Source: Oscillospiraceae bacterium (GTDB lineage Bacteria > Bacillota > Clostridia > Oscillospirales > SIG530). Taken from it: 64,000 bases of DNA. The stretch lies in the NCBI GenBank assembly GCA_015067075.1, contig SVND01000004.1, forward strand, positions 2-64,001, read 5' to 3'. Positions 38,835-50,132 of the stretch are shown piece by piece. The notes under the pieces are model-generated. The model did no database searches. It had not been told where the DNA came from and saw only the letters and a program-made list of their open reading frames with translations. Position numbers and translations under genes: made by a program. Position 1 is the stretch's first letter, and each line of letters starts with the position of its first letter.

Positions 38835-40931
38835 TTACCTTACGCCAAACAGCAAATCTCCGTAAGACGGATAAGGCCAATATTTTTCCGCAGTTATGGT
38901 TTCCGCTTTATCTGCCGCGGTGCGCAGACTGTTCATGCACAATATGACCTCGTCGCGGTATGCGCAGGAAAGCTGTGCAACGTCGACGATGCTTTTCACC
39001 CTCTGCATCGCTTCCTCAAGCTCCTTGACACTGCTGTGCATCTTCGCCGTAAGCTCCGAAAGCTCGCTTATGCGCTCCTGCTCGTATGTGCAGTCTATCT
39101 GCGGCATAGCGGCTTTTTTCTCCGTAACAGCTCTTGCTACGTCCGCCGTATAAGCCGATACGGCAGGTAATATCTGGCGCTTTGCCATTTCAAGCATCGT
39201 TCGCGCTTCGATATTGAGTATCTTACAGTAATTATCGAGAAGTATCTCATAGCGAGCCTTCGCTTCCGTTGCGGAATATATACGGTGTCTTTCAAAAAGC
39301 TCGATATTTTTCTGCTTTATAAGGTAAGGCAGGCAGTCGGGCGTTGTGGGCAGATTGAGAAGTCCGCGTTTTTCAGTTGCTTCCTCTATCCATGCGTCGT
39401 CGTATCCGTTGCCGTTGAAGATAATACGCTTATGCTCGCGGATAACGCTTCTTATAAGCTCGTGAAGCGCCGTATTAAAATCCTCTGCCGCTTCAAGCTT
39501 ATCAGCATACTGTCTTAAGGACTCCGCAACAGTTGTATTGAGCATAATATTTGCGCAGGAAATTCCGTTTGACGAGCCGAGCATACGGAATTCAAACTTA
39601 TTTCCTGTAAAAGCAAAGGGCGATGTGCGGTTGCGGTCCGTCGTATCCTTCGGAAAGCGCGGAAGCACATGGACACCAAGCTTCATCTGCGTTTTTTCAA
39701 GGGCGTTATAAGGCTCGTCCTTTTCGATAGCATCTAAAATAGCCGTAAGCTCGTCGCCTAAAAATACGGAAACTACTGCAGGCGGAGCTTCATTTGCACC
39801 AAGTCTGTGGTCGTTGCCTGCCGTAGCAACGGAAAGGCGAAGCAAGTCCTGATAATCGTCAACTGCCTGAATAACGGCGCAAAGTATGAGTAAAAACTGA
39901 GCGTTTTCATAGGGCGTCTCGCCCGGTGAAAGAAGATTTACTCCCGTATTTGTGGACATCGACCAGTTATTATGCTTGCCTGAACCGTTGACACCCTTAA
40001 AGGGCTTTTCATGAAGCAAGCAGACAAGACCGTGCTTTGCGGCAAGCTGCTGCATTATTTCCATTGTAAGCTGATTATGGTCAGCGGCAATATTTGTGGT
40101 AGAATAAATCGGCGCAAGCTCATGCTGGGCAGGTGCCGCCTCATTATGCTCCGTTTTCGCAAGTATGCCAAGCTTCCAAAGCTCCTCGTCAAGCTCCGTC
40201 ATAAACGCCGCAACACGAGGCTTTATCGTACCGAAATAATGGTCCTCAAGCTGCTGTCCCTTCGGCGGATTTGAGCCGAAAAGCGTTCTGCCCGTATAAA
40301 TAAGGTCCTTGCGCTTATTGTACATTTCACGGTCAACAAGAAAATATTCCTGCTCAGCGCCCACGGATGTGTTTACACATTTTACGTCGTCATGACCGAA
40401 AAGCTTCAAAATTCGCATCGCCTGACGATTTATGGCTTCCATGGAGCGAAGAAGAGGGGTTTTTCTGTCAAGCGCTTCGCCGCCGTAGGAGCAAAACGCC
40501 GTGGGAATGCAAAGAGTTTTCCCCTTGATAAACGCATAGGAGGTTGGGTCCCACGCCGTGTATCCGCGCGCTTCAAAGGTTGCGCGAAGTCCGCCTGAGG
40601 GAAAGCTCGACGCATCGGATTCGCCGCGTACAAGCTCCTTGCCTGAAAACTCCATTATTATTTTGCCGTCGCCGACGGGAGAGATAAAGCTGTCGTGCTT
40701 TTCCGCGGAAATGCCTGTCAGCGGCTGAAACCAATGGGTATAATGCGTTGCACCCTTTTCAACAGCCCAATCCTTCATGGCGTTTGCAACGATATTGGCA
40801 ACTGTCAGGTCAAGGCGCTTGCCCTCATCTATGGTTTCACGAAGTGATCTATACGTTTCGGCAGGCAAACGTGATCTCATTGCGCTATCGCCGAAAACCA
40901 TACAACCGAAATATTCCGATAATTGTTTCAT
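38835..40931 (-). CDS. glnN: glutamine synthetase type III
   Basis: 698 aa. The size and N-terminus ([21 protein letters not shown]) are typical of GSIII. Core motifs [14 protein letters not shown] and [10 protein letters not shown]. Confidence 0.88.
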   Translation of the reverse strand: MKQLSEYFGCMVFGDSAMRSRLPAETYRSLRETIDEGKRLDLTVANIVANAMKDWAVEKGATHYTHWFQPLTGISAEKHDSFISPVGDGKIIMEFSGKELVRGESDASSFPSGGLRATFEARGYTAWDPTSYAFIKGKTLCIPTAFCSYGGEALDRKTPLLRSMEAINRQAMRILKLFGHDDVKCVNTSVGAEQEYFLVDREMYNKRKDLIYTGRTLFGSNPPKGQQLEDHYFGTIKPRVAAFMTELDEELWKLGILAKTEHNEAAPAQHELAPIYSTTNIAADHNQLTMEIMQQLAAKHGLVCLLHEKPFKGVNGSGKHNNWSMSTNTGVNLLSPGETPYENAQFLLILCAVIQAVDDYQDLLRLSVATAGNDHRLGANEAPPAVVSVFLGDELTAILDAIEKDEPYNALEKTQMKLGVHVLPRFPKDTTDRNRTSPFAFTGNKFEFRMLGSSNGISCANIMLNTTVAESLRQYADKLEAAEDFNTALHELIRSVIREHKRIIFNGNGYDDAWIEEATEKRGLLNLPTTPDCLPYLIKQKNIELFERHRIYSATEAKARYEILLDNYCKILNIEARTMLEMAKRQILPAVSAYTADVARAVTEKKAAMPQIDCTYEQERISELSELTAKMHSSVKELEEAMQRVKSIVDVAQLSCAYRDEVILCMNSLRTAADKAETITAEKYWPYPSYGDLLFGVR

Positions 40932-40981
40932 ATTTTTGCTTCCTTTCGCAAAAGCTTATGCGTTTTTTGTAATGTCAGCTT

Positions 40982-42166
<1,185 letters not shown>

Positions 42167-42173
42167 TTATTAT

Positions 42174-42202
42174 ATTATATTACATTATAAAAAATTTGTC
42201 AA
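42174..42202 (-). promoter_or_regulatory. putative sigma-A promoter of tgt
   Basis: Minus strand: TTGACA (42202-42197), 17-nt spacer, TATAAT (42179-42174). Confidence 0.5.
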
Positions 42203-42381
42203 GCATCTTGACATTATCAATGATAGGTGACAGATATTGCAGAAAAACTTATCAAGGTGAAGGAAGTCGAGACTACTCTCAAGAATGTTGGCAGAACAAG
42301 CATTAATACTTCAAGATGCTTCCTACCATTTTCGTTCCGTTATTAACATTCGGTAGCTATTCCTCTTTTTATTTAACATTT

Positions 42382-42432
42382 TTCCAACAACGGCGACTCA
42401 ATTTAATACAAATTGAACCGCCGTTGTTGGAA
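42382..42432 (-). terminator. 14-bp perfect inverted repeat downstream of the MBOAT gene (terminator-like, no U-tract)
   Basis: TTCCAACAACGGCG, 23-nt loop, CGCCGTTGTTGGAA. Confidence 0.35.
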
Positions 42433-42452
42433 TTCCGATACACGGTTATACG

Positions 42453-43748
42453 TCAAAACTGGAAATAAACGAAAGGCTGTTCCCCTGTAAACGCTAAACC
42501 CAATATTAAACCACAGATAAGAAAAAGAACAGTTAAGCCTAATACCGTATTGAGATTCAACAAAGGATAAAAGCCGTCAACTTCATATTCATTACGCTTT
42601 TTTGCACGAATTATTGCACCTGCTGTTCCTACACAAACAACCGCTACTGCAATAAATGTCCAAAAGAAAGGCTGAACTATTCCGTCTTGCAATGTGAAAA
42701 TTCCCTTTATGATCAACCATGAATTTGAAAAACTGTCCGCGCGGAAAAATATCCACGTAAATGAAACAAACAAGAAAGTACCAAAAGCACTCAATGCTCT
42801 GAATATTGTTTTTTGTTTTTTCTTTTTCAATATAAGCTTATCTAAGCACAAGGCTCCCCCGTGTAATGCACCCCAAAACACAAAAGTCCAATTCGCGCCA
42901 TGCCATAATCCTCCAAGAAGCATTGTTATAGAAAGATTGAGATACTGTCTCGCTTTTCCTTTTCGGTTACCTCCGAGAGGAATGTAAAGATACTCTTTTA
43001 ACCACGTGGACAGGCTAACATGCCATCTTCTCCAGAAAACAGTAACGTTTTCGGATATATAAGGTATATTGAAATTGCGGCAAAAATCGTAACCAAAGCA
43101 TTTTGCACAACCAATCGCAATATCCGAATATCCCGAAAAATCAAAATATATTTGTATCGAATATGATATTACGGCAAGAACAATCGAAATCCAACTATAT
43201 GCTACCGGAGTATTGAAAACATCGTCAACAAAAACCGACAAATGATCAGCAATGACTATCTTTTTAAACAAGCCAAAAAGTATAATCTGAATGCCCGCTT
43301 CTATATTCTTTAAGGTAATACGTCTATCTTCCCTTAATTGCGGCAAAAATTCCGAGGCCTTTACTATAGGACCGGCAACAAGCTGTGGGAAGAAGCTGAT
43401 GTAAAGGGCAAGCCTAATAAAGTTCTTTTCAGCAGGTATCTTACCTCTTTTAACGTCAATTACATAACTCAGCGCCTGAAATGTGTAGAACGATATTCCG
43501 ACAGGAAGTATTATTGTGAGTGTCTCAATATCTTTATTTACAATTGATGCAAAGCTATCAAGGAAAAAATTGAAATATTTAAAAAAGCCAAGGACCACGA
43601 GCGGCACAGCAACGCCTACCGCAAAAGCAAGTTTTTTTTGTGCAAACAATGCTGTTATGTATGAAGCCACGGTTGCAAACAACAAAAGAAAGCAAAAACG
43701 CCAATCCCAATATCCATAGAAAAAATAACTTGCAGCAAGCAAAAACAA
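42453..43748 (-). CDS. MBOAT-family membrane O-acyltransferase (AlgI/DltB-like), 5' end uncertain
   Basis: 431 aa from a TTG start. Polytopic, with motifs FWRRWHVSLSTWLKEYLYIPLGGN and GGLWHGANW (conserved His). The usual ~35 N-terminal residues are missing from this frame. AT-rich gene. Confidence 0.75.
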   Translation of the reverse strand: MFLLAASYFFYGYWDWRFCFLLLFATVASYITALFAQKKLAFAVGVAVPLVVLGFFKYFNFFLDSFASIVNKDIETLTIILPVGISFYTFQALSYVIDVKRGKIPAEKNFIRLALYISFFPQLVAGPIVKASEFLPQLREDRRITLKNIEAGIQIILFGLFKKIVIADHLSVFVDDVFNTPVAYSWISIVLAVISYSIQIYFDFSGYSDIAIGCAKCFGYDFCRNFNIPYISENVTVFWRRWHVSLSTWLKEYLYIPLGGNRKGKARQYLNLSITMLLGGLWHGANWTFVFWGALHGGALCLDKLILKKKKQKTIFRALSAFGTFLFVSFTWIFFRADSFSNSWLIIKGIFTLQDGIVQPFFWTFIAVAVVCVGTAGAIIRAKKRNEYEVDGFYPLLNLNTVLGLTVLFLICGLILGLAFTGEQPFVYFQF

Positions 43749-44047
43749 TTCTTTATAAAGTGTATTTTTTAATCGCTGAAGAAACTGTCACCCCATCAAC
43801 GGTATCGTAATGAACGGGCACATTATAATACAGCATACAAAAACCAGTCAATATTACAAACGCGATAATACCACCAAAAATAGCCTTGCCTATATACGTT
43901 TACTCATTTTGCACCTCTTTATATCTATATTATAAATTCCAAAAAACTTTCTTTTTTATGTGCATATATTTAAGTATATCTAATAGTGTATTATATCATA
44001 AAAAGCTAAAAAAGTAAATAGAAGCTTAATCTTTTTGCTTAAGTGTC

Positions 44048-44076
44048 TTGACTTTTTGTTTGGAAAGTTGCATAAT
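44048..44076 (+). promoter_or_regulatory. putative sigma-A promoter of the serine-hydrolase gene
   Basis: TTGACT, 17-nt spacer, CATAAT, with TG immediately upstream. Confidence 0.45.
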
Positions 44077-44105
44077 ATATTTATCAATTTGAAAGGGTGT
44101 TTACC

Positions 44106-45521
44106 ATGTTTAAGCCTGAAATCTATATAAACGAGAAAATATCCTACGCCGCCGTGGCGCACCTTATAGAAAGCGCCGCCGCTGTCGGCACGCAGTTTCA
44201 CTCCGTTCAGCTTTTCAAGGACGGCGAGCTTCTTTTAAGAATAGCTTTGCCGCCTTACAGCAACAGCGATAAAATGCAGATGTATTCCCTGAGCAAAAGC
44301 TTCACCTCAACGGCTATCGGTATGCTTTGCGACGATGGCAAGCTTTCCGTCGAGGATAAGATAATCGACATTTTCCCCGACAAGCTTCCTGAGACTGTCA
44401 GCGAAAATCTCTCTGAAATGCGCGTAAAGCACCTGCTTTCCATGAACAGCGGTCATCATAACTGTACCATGAACGCCATTAAAGACAGCGACGACGCAGT
44501 TAAGACGTTCCTTTCTCTCGACGTCGAGCATAAGCCCGGTACGTTTTTCTGCTACAACACAGGCGCATCCTTCATTCTTTCAGCCATCGTCACAAAAGTA
44601 ACAGGCGTTACGTTGCTCGATTTTCTGAATACAAGGCTCTTCCCCTTTCTTGGAATTGACAGTGCTCTTTGGCCTGTTTGCGGCGGCGGTTACAATGAAG
44701 GCGGCTTCGGTCTTCACATTTCCAACGATGACCTTTTGAAATTCGGCAAGCTTTATCTTAACGGCGGCGTTTATAACGGCAAGCGCCTTCTATCTGAAAA
44801 TTGGGTAAAGCAGGCAACGAGCTTCCAATCCGATAACAGCTCCAACGGTACTGCCGACTGGACGCAAGGCTACGGCTATCAATTCTGGCTCAACAGCCGC
44901 GGCGGCTATCGCGGCGACGGAGCTTTCGGTCAGGCTTGCTTTGTCTTTCCCGAAAAGAACATGATCTTCACCGATTTTATGGAAGGCACCGATATGCAGG
45001 TCTCCTTTAACCTTATCTACGATTTTCTTGACACCTGCTTCAGCGGCGGCGACGGCGATGCAGTCAAGGCAATAACCGACGCATACGCACCTATTTGCAG
45101 CTGCGCGGAGGGCGCAGAGCGTTTTTACGGTATGTATAAGCTTTCGCCCAACTGTGCAGGACTCACCCTTGCCAAAATTTACGGCGAGGACGGCGGTATC
45201 GGCATCTCCTTCTCCGACGGTAAGCAGCTTCAAAAGATATATGCTAAATTCGGCGCATGGCAGGAAAACTGCGTCACGCTTTACTCCGCAAAGCCGACAC
45301 TGACAGGTCTTTCCCATATGCCGCGCAGTGAGCAGGTCCGCTTCGCCGCTTACTGCTTCGTCAAGGACGACGCACTTTTGATAGACGTGCGCAACCTTAA
45401 CACGCCTCACCACGACCCCATTACTCTCAGCATTACAGACAGCGGACTCAAGCTCGTTCACGGCGCAAAGCCCGGTCTTTTGCTTAATGATATTGCGGAA
45501 ATGGAGCTTACGAAAATATAA
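44106..45521 (+). CDS. serine hydrolase, beta-lactamase/transpeptidase-like family
   Basis: SxxK motif YSLSKSF, YNT(G) motif, and a C-terminal beta-rich extension. Start placed at ATG 44106. Confidence 0.8.
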   Translation: MFKPEIYINEKISYAAVAHLIESAAAVGTQFHSVQLFKDGELLLRIALPPYSNSDKMQMYSLSKSFTSTAIGMLCDDGKLSVEDKIIDIFPDKLPETVSENLSEMRVKHLLSMNSGHHNCTMNAIKDSDDAVKTFLSLDVEHKPGTFFCYNTGASFILSAIVTKVTGVTLLDFLNTRLFPFLGIDSALWPVCGGGYNEGGFGLHISNDDLLKFGKLYLNGGVYNGKRLLSENWVKQATSFQSDNSSNGTADWTQGYGYQFWLNSRGGYRGDGAFGQACFVFPEKNMIFTDFMEGTDMQVSFNLIYDFLDTCFSGGDGDAVKAITDAYAPICSCAEGAERFYGMYKLSPNCAGLTLAKIYGEDGGIGISFSDGKQLQKIYAKFGAWQENCVTLYSAKPTLTGLSHMPRSEQVRFAAYCFVKDDALLIDVRNLNTPHHDPITLSITDSGLKLVHGAKPGLLLNDIAEMELTKI

Positions 45522-45529
45522 TATTTATT

Positions 45530-45910
45530 CCGCAATATAACGAAATCCTGCCAAAGCAATCTGACAGCTTTCCGATACAGTGGTAACACAGCGCCACTCT
45601 CTTTACAGTCCCAAAAAGGGGCACCGAATCCTATTATAGCATCACACGCACATTACCCGTAAACGGGTAATGTGCCCAGCTTTTCTCGGCTTCCTCTGAC
45701 GAGGGAGCTGGCGAGCATATGAGAGCCTGAGGGAAAGATAGCGACAACTACCCCTCCGTCTGCGGCTTCGCCACAGACACCTTCCCTGACAAGGTGAGGC
45801 AAGAGATTGCTCTGCCCTTTTATCTTTTCCCCCGATAGAACTGAGTGGTTATTTCGACCGCCAAGTAAAAAAGCTCTGAATGTTTTCTCATTCAGGGCTT
45901 TTTATATGCT
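45530..45910. other. non-coding region with strong hairpins (possible repeat relics)
   Basis: A 12-bp perfect stem GCACATTACCCG-TAAA-CGGGTAATGTGC at 45648-45675, and an imperfect stem at 45758-45778. No credible ORF. Confidence 0.45.
45866..45904. terminator. bidirectional intrinsic terminator
   Basis: AAAAA-AGCTCTGAATG, 6-nt loop, CATTCAGGGCT-TTTT. Confidence 0.65.
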
Positions 45911-45952
45911 ATTCTGCTGTAGTATAGCTTGTTTTTTACTTTTAAAGTACCA

Positions 45953-46765
45953 TTATTTTTCAAGCATCGCAGCTATATAACTGTTCTGTATACGCTTTAC
46001 ATCATCATCTTCAGCTTTTTCCAAAAGCGGTAGGTCAATATGCACATGTGCTTGATAAGCATGTGCAAAATCCCCGTACTGCATCTGTACAGAATCAATC
46101 GGTACTATGCAAGCATCCAATAAAAGTGCTCCCTCTGCGTCAAGGCAAATTCCAAACTGCTCTCTACCGTAAAAATCACGGTACTTGACAGCATCGCCTT
46201 TTTGCAAAAAATTCGGAAAAACAAGCTCTTGTGTTTCCTCGTCATTCATTTCGGAAAAGGACGGCTCCATATCGTATACATTCAATATTGATTTTCCTTT
46301 TCCCATCACGCAAGATGATATTTCATCCTCTGCAAACTCTCCGCTTCCAAAATATATTTTGCGCTTTGTTATGGTATACCTCGTAAGATCACTTTCCTGT
46401 ACACCGTATCGTTCGCAAAACATATCAATGTATTTCACGGCATTTTTATATGTATCACAAAGATATTTTTCCTTATATGCATCAGGATCCATCTCTATGC
46501 AAAGCTCATAAACCGTGCCTTTTTCCGCAGACATAAGCCTTTTAAGCTTGTTTTCCTGACACTGCGCATATTGGACAGCGCATTTTGCCATATCTGCAGA
46601 TGCTTTTTCCGCAAAGGCTCTCAGCATTTCCATTCTCTGCTCAAATGCTTCGGCATAGCTTATGATAATCATTAAAAGCTGATATTCAGAAAAAGTATAC
46701 TTCGTCTCTTTTATACGCGATTTGAGAGAGTCAGACCAAATCAGATCAATTATTTTACTATACAT
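45953..46765 (-). CDS. hypothetical protein (no motif recognised)
   Basis: 270 aa, soluble-looking. Sits 10 nt downstream of the MurF-like gene on the same strand. About 37% G+C in one spot count. Confidence 0.55.
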   Translation of the reverse strand: MYSKIIDLIWSDSLKSRIKETKYTFSEYQLLMIIISYAEAFEQRMEMLRAFAEKASADMAKCAVQYAQCQENKLKRLMSAEKGTVYELCIEMDPDAYKEKYLCDTYKNAVKYIDMFCERYGVQESDLTRYTITKRKIYFGSGEFAEDEISSCVMGKGKSILNVYDMEPSFSEMNDEETQELVFPNFLQKGDAVKYRDFYGREQFGICLDAEGALLLDACIVPIDSVQMQYGDFAHAYQAHVHIDLPLLEKAEDDDVKRIQNSYIAAMLEK

Positions 46766-46775
46766 TTATAGCTCC

Positions 46776-48323
46776 TTAATTGAAATTATCGGGCAGATCG
46801 TTTTCCAACAGCACAGCCTTATAGCTGTCTGTGGGCAACGCTTGCACACGAGCCATCGCGTCGTTGAGGCTTTGGGCAACTATAATCTTTTTTACGTCAA
46901 ATCCGCCGTCGCAAAGTCCTTTGTAAATTGCCTTCGTCTGCTTTTCACCAACCAAAACGGCGTAGTCACACTTTTGCGACGCATATTTTCCGAATTCGCG
47001 GTTAAGCTCATCCTGCATATCGCCAAGCTCCACCATGCCCGGTGTAACCAGCACTCTCGTGCCGTCGAACATGGAAAGAGCGTCAAGCGCCGCCCTCGCT
47101 CCTGCGGGGTTGGAATTATACGCATCGTCGATTATGATGTTTTTTCCCGATCTGACAAGCTGTAACCGATGGGGCACAGCTTCCAGACGGCGCACGGCAC
47201 CTGTCAGCGACTCAAGAGGTACGCCCAAGGAATTTGCCACGGCGATAGCGCCAACAAGGTTTACGATGTTATGTCTTCCGATAAGCTTTGTGGAAAATCT
47301 CTGGGATTCACCGTTCGGAGTTCTTACAAAAAACTCCGTTCCGTTTTGTGAAACGCTTTCGCCAAAGGCGGAAAAGTCACAATCTGCACTTATACCGTAG
47401 GAGATATGCTTTACGGGGCTATTCTTCAAAAACTCATTTTCATTGTTGAAAAACAGCATTCCCCTGTCAGCCACGCTGTCGGCAAGCTCCATTTTAGTGC
47501 GGATGATATTATCCTGCGTTTTAAAGCTTTCCATATGCTGCTGTCCGATCGCCGTTATCACTCCGTGCTTCGGCTTTACAAGCTCGCATATTTCCTTTAT
47601 ATCGCCCACGTTTCGTGCGCCCATTTCACAAACGAACATCTCCGTTGTTGCCCGTATGCTTTGTCTTATGGTACGGACAACACCCAAGGTCGTATTGTAA
47701 TTTTCGGGAGTCATTACCGTTTCATACTTTGCGGCAAGCAGTCTTGCAAGGAAATACTTCACGCTGGTTTTCCCGTAGCTTCCCGTTATTCCGATAACGG
47801 TCAAATTTGGGCTTTCATTTATTATCCGCTTCGCATCGTTTATGTAATAGCGGTTTATGGCAAGCTCCAAGGGGCGATTTATCATGTTCACCGCAAGGAT
47901 GAACAGTGGACAAAAGGCATAGAGGAAGCTTACCGCCGCCGCAAGCACAAGCTTTGACGCAAAGATGAAGCCAACTGCCACGCCAAGGGCAAGTATAGCC
48001 TCGCAAGCAAGCATTCGCTTGATTCGCGGCGTGTAAACAAAGGCAACCTTCGCTTTGCGCGGTCTTGTAAACAAGATACCTATCAATAGCGGTATAGCCG
48101 CAATGGCAAGGGCAAAATCCGCCGTTACAAATATGGCAATTACCATCGAAATTATCGCCATCACCGCCGACGGCAACAGCTTGAGCGCATTCTTACCGTA
48201 CCACGAAAGCTGAACGTGTGGTTTATACGAGTTTTGCTGAAACATATGATAAAAATATATGCTCGACGATGCCAACGATGCTAAAAAGCATACAATATAC
48301 AGTATTGTCCACAAGATTTCCAT
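46776..48323 (-). CDS. MurF-type Mur ligase with an N-terminal polytopic membrane domain replacing the usual domain 1
   Basis: 515 aa. Residues 1 to ~140 contain 4-5 hydrophobic helices. These are followed by GITGSYGKTS, TPENYNTTLGV, EMGARNVGDI, ITAIGQQHMESF, DDAYNSNPAGARAALDAL and PGMVELG. Confidence 0.8.
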   Translation of the reverse strand: MEILWTILYIVCFLASLASSSIYFYHMFQQNSYKPHVQLSWYGKNALKLLPSAVMAIISMVIAIFVTADFALAIAAIPLLIGILFTRPRKAKVAFVYTPRIKRMLACEAILALGVAVGFIFASKLVLAAAVSFLYAFCPLFILAVNMINRPLELAINRYYINDAKRIINESPNLTVIGITGSYGKTSVKYFLARLLAAKYETVMTPENYNTTLGVVRTIRQSIRATTEMFVCEMGARNVGDIKEICELVKPKHGVITAIGQQHMESFKTQDNIIRTKMELADSVADRGMLFFNNENEFLKNSPVKHISYGISADCDFSAFGESVSQNGTEFFVRTPNGESQRFSTKLIGRHNIVNLVGAIAVANSLGVPLESLTGAVRRLEAVPHRLQLVRSGKNIIIDDAYNSNPAGARAALDALSMFDGTRVLVTPGMVELGDMQDELNREFGKYASQKCDYAVLVGEKQTKAIYKGLCDGGFDVKKIIVAQSLNDAMARVQALPTDSYKAVLLENDLPDNFN

Positions 48324-48393
48324 AGCTATCCCCCTGTCCTATAGTTGATTTTTTCTTGGTTACTATTAATATATTCCCGTTTTTGATGCTGTA

Positions 48394-49263
48394 TTACAGC
48401 TCAAGGCTCTTGAGATATTCACGGAAGCCTTCAGCTACCTCGGGATGAACGAGAGCAACGTCAACGATAGCCTTGAGCATACCGAGCTTGTTACCCATAT
48501 CGTAGCGGATGCCTTCAAAGTCAACGCCTGTTACGCCCTTTGTGCGAGAAAGCTCCTTCATTGCATCGGTAAGCTGTATCTCGCCGCCTGCACCGGGCTG
48601 TGTTACTTCAAGGATGTCAAATATTTCAGGCGGCATAACGACTCTGCCCAAAATGGAGAAAAGGGAAAATTCCTCGCCCGGCTTCGGCTTTTCTATCATA
48701 TCGGAAATGCTATAGCATCTGCCTTCAATATGCTCAGTTTTCATGGAAGAATATTTCTGAACGTCCGCAAGGGAGCATTCCTTCATACCGACAGCACCCT
48801 TACCGTACTTTTCATAAGCATCAATAAGCTGCTTCGTTACGGGAGTTCCGCCGTGATTGAAGATAACGTCGTCGCCGTAAAGGATCGCAAAAGGCTCATT
48901 TCCGACGAAATTTTTCGCGCAAAGTACGGCATGGCCAAGTCCCTTCGTTTCCTTCTGGCGCACAAACTGAATATTGGCAAGCTTCGTCGGCTCGATAACG
49001 GAATTGTAAAGAGCAGTTTTATTACCCTTGAGAAGTCGTTCCTCAAGCTCGGGGGCGCGGTCAAAATGGTCCTCAATAGCGCCCTTGCCGCGATTTGAAA
49101 TGATAAGTATATCAGTAATACCGGAAGCTACAGCTTCTTCCACAATATACTGAATGGACGGCTTATCAACGATAGGAAGCATTTCCTTCGGAATAGCCTT
49201 CGTGATGGGTAAAACTCGTGTGCCAAGTCCTGCGGCAGGTATTACAGCTTTTCTTACTTTCAT
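48394..49263 (-). CDS. galU: UTP--glucose-1-phosphate uridylyltransferase
   Basis: 289 aa from ATG 49263 (AAGGAGA RBS). Motif KAVIPAAGLGTRVLPITKAIPKEMLPIVDKP. Confidence 0.92.
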   Translation of the reverse strand: MKVRKAVIPAAGLGTRVLPITKAIPKEMLPIVDKPSIQYIVEEAVASGITDILIISNRGKGAIEDHFDRAPELEERLLKGNKTALYNSVIEPTKLANIQFVRQKETKGLGHAVLCAKNFVGNEPFAILYGDDVIFNHGGTPVTKQLIDAYEKYGKGAVGMKECSLADVQKYSSMKTEHIEGRCYSISDMIEKPKPGEEFSLFSILGRVVMPPEIFDILEVTQPGAGGEIQLTDAMKELSRTKGVTGVDFEGIRYDMGNKLGMLKAIVDVALVHPEVAEGFREYLKSLEL

Positions 49264-49282
49264 AATTTTTTCTCCTTTTCTA

Positions 49283-49311
49283 TTGACAAATATTTTTCCA
49301 TAATATATAAT
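49283..49311 (+). promoter_or_regulatory. putative sigma-A promoter of the DUF975 gene
   Basis: TTGACA, 17-nt spacer, TATAAT. Confidence 0.5.
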
Positions 49312-49342
49312 AAAATTACAATTTAAAGTGAGGTGTAATTTT

Positions 49343-50089
49343 ATGGCCAAACCCGTTTTTTCAAGAGCCGATCTAAAATCCTTCGCCCGCCAAGATTTAG
49401 TAAATACATATTGGTTTTGCCTTGGCACAGGTTTACTCGCTTCTTTTATACCAGGTTTAATTAAATTGCCTATCAATCTTATAACCAACCGGCTTGATGA
49501 ACAATTCAGTACGGCAATTGAAAGCTTTGTCGAAAACGCAAATTTTTATATTTCACCAACGACCATCATAACAGCCATTTCTGTTTATATCTTATTCACT
49601 TTTCTTGCGTTAGTACTCGGTATACTCACCACGTATCCGCTTAAAATCGGTTTTACCAAATACTGTTTGAACATTGCAAACGAAGAGCATTTTGAGCTCT
49701 CTCAGCTTTTCAGCCCCTATAAGGAAAAAACATTTATTGAACAAAGCCTCGCCATGTTTACGACAGAGCTTATAATAAACCTGTGGTCCTTACTTTTCAT
49801 CATTCCGGGAATTATCAAATCATATCAGTACGCTTTCGTTCCTATGCTCCTTGCTGAAAATCCCAATATGACAGGAAAGCAGGCGCGTGAGCTGAGCAAA
49901 AAGATTACAGACGGCTACAAAATGGAGCTTTTTGTTTTAGGGCTTTCGTTTATTGGCTGGTGTTTACTCGGTATTCTTGCGTGCGGTATAGGTGTTATAT
50001 TTGTAGTTCCTTATCTTCAAATGACATATATTGAAGCGTACAATTTCTTAACACACATCTACGAGGAATACACATTGAAAAATACATAA
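49343..50089 (+). CDS. DUF975-family integral membrane protein
   Basis: Start placed at MAKPVFSRADLK. About 5 TM segments with the layout typical of DUF975. Confidence 0.7.
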   Translation: MAKPVFSRADLKSFARQDLVNTYWFCLGTGLLASFIPGLIKLPINLITNRLDEQFSTAIESFVENANFYISPTTIITAISVYILFTFLALVLGILTTYPLKIGFTKYCLNIANEEHFELSQLFSPYKEKTFIEQSLAMFTTELIINLWSLLFIIPGIIKSYQYAFVPMLLAENPNMTGKQARELSKKITDGYKMELFVLGLSFIGWCLLGILACGIGVIFVVPYLQMTYIEAYNFLTHIYEEYTLKNT

Positions 50090-50101
50090 TTCAATCAGGC
50101 T

Positions 50102-50131
50102 GCTCCGTGCTTTTCAGCGCGGAGCTTTTTT
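50102..50131 (+). terminator. intrinsic terminator
   Basis: GCTCCGTGC, 6-nt loop, GCGCGGAGC, then TTTTTT. Confidence 0.75.
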
Positions 50132-50132
50132 A

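Noticed and set aside
38743-38880. A 46-codon N-terminal extension of the TIR ORF that overlaps the 3' end of glnN.
   Set aside because: The internal ATG at 38742 has a good SD, begins exactly at the TIR core (MHDVFISYSH) and removes the overlap. The extension is basic, low-complexity sequence.
42230-42340. A possible gene remnant on the plus strand (..IAEKLIKVKEVETTLKNVGRTS..) between tgt and the MBOAT gene.
   Set aside because: The open stretch is only about 35 codons, with no start or RBS, and I cannot tie it to any family.
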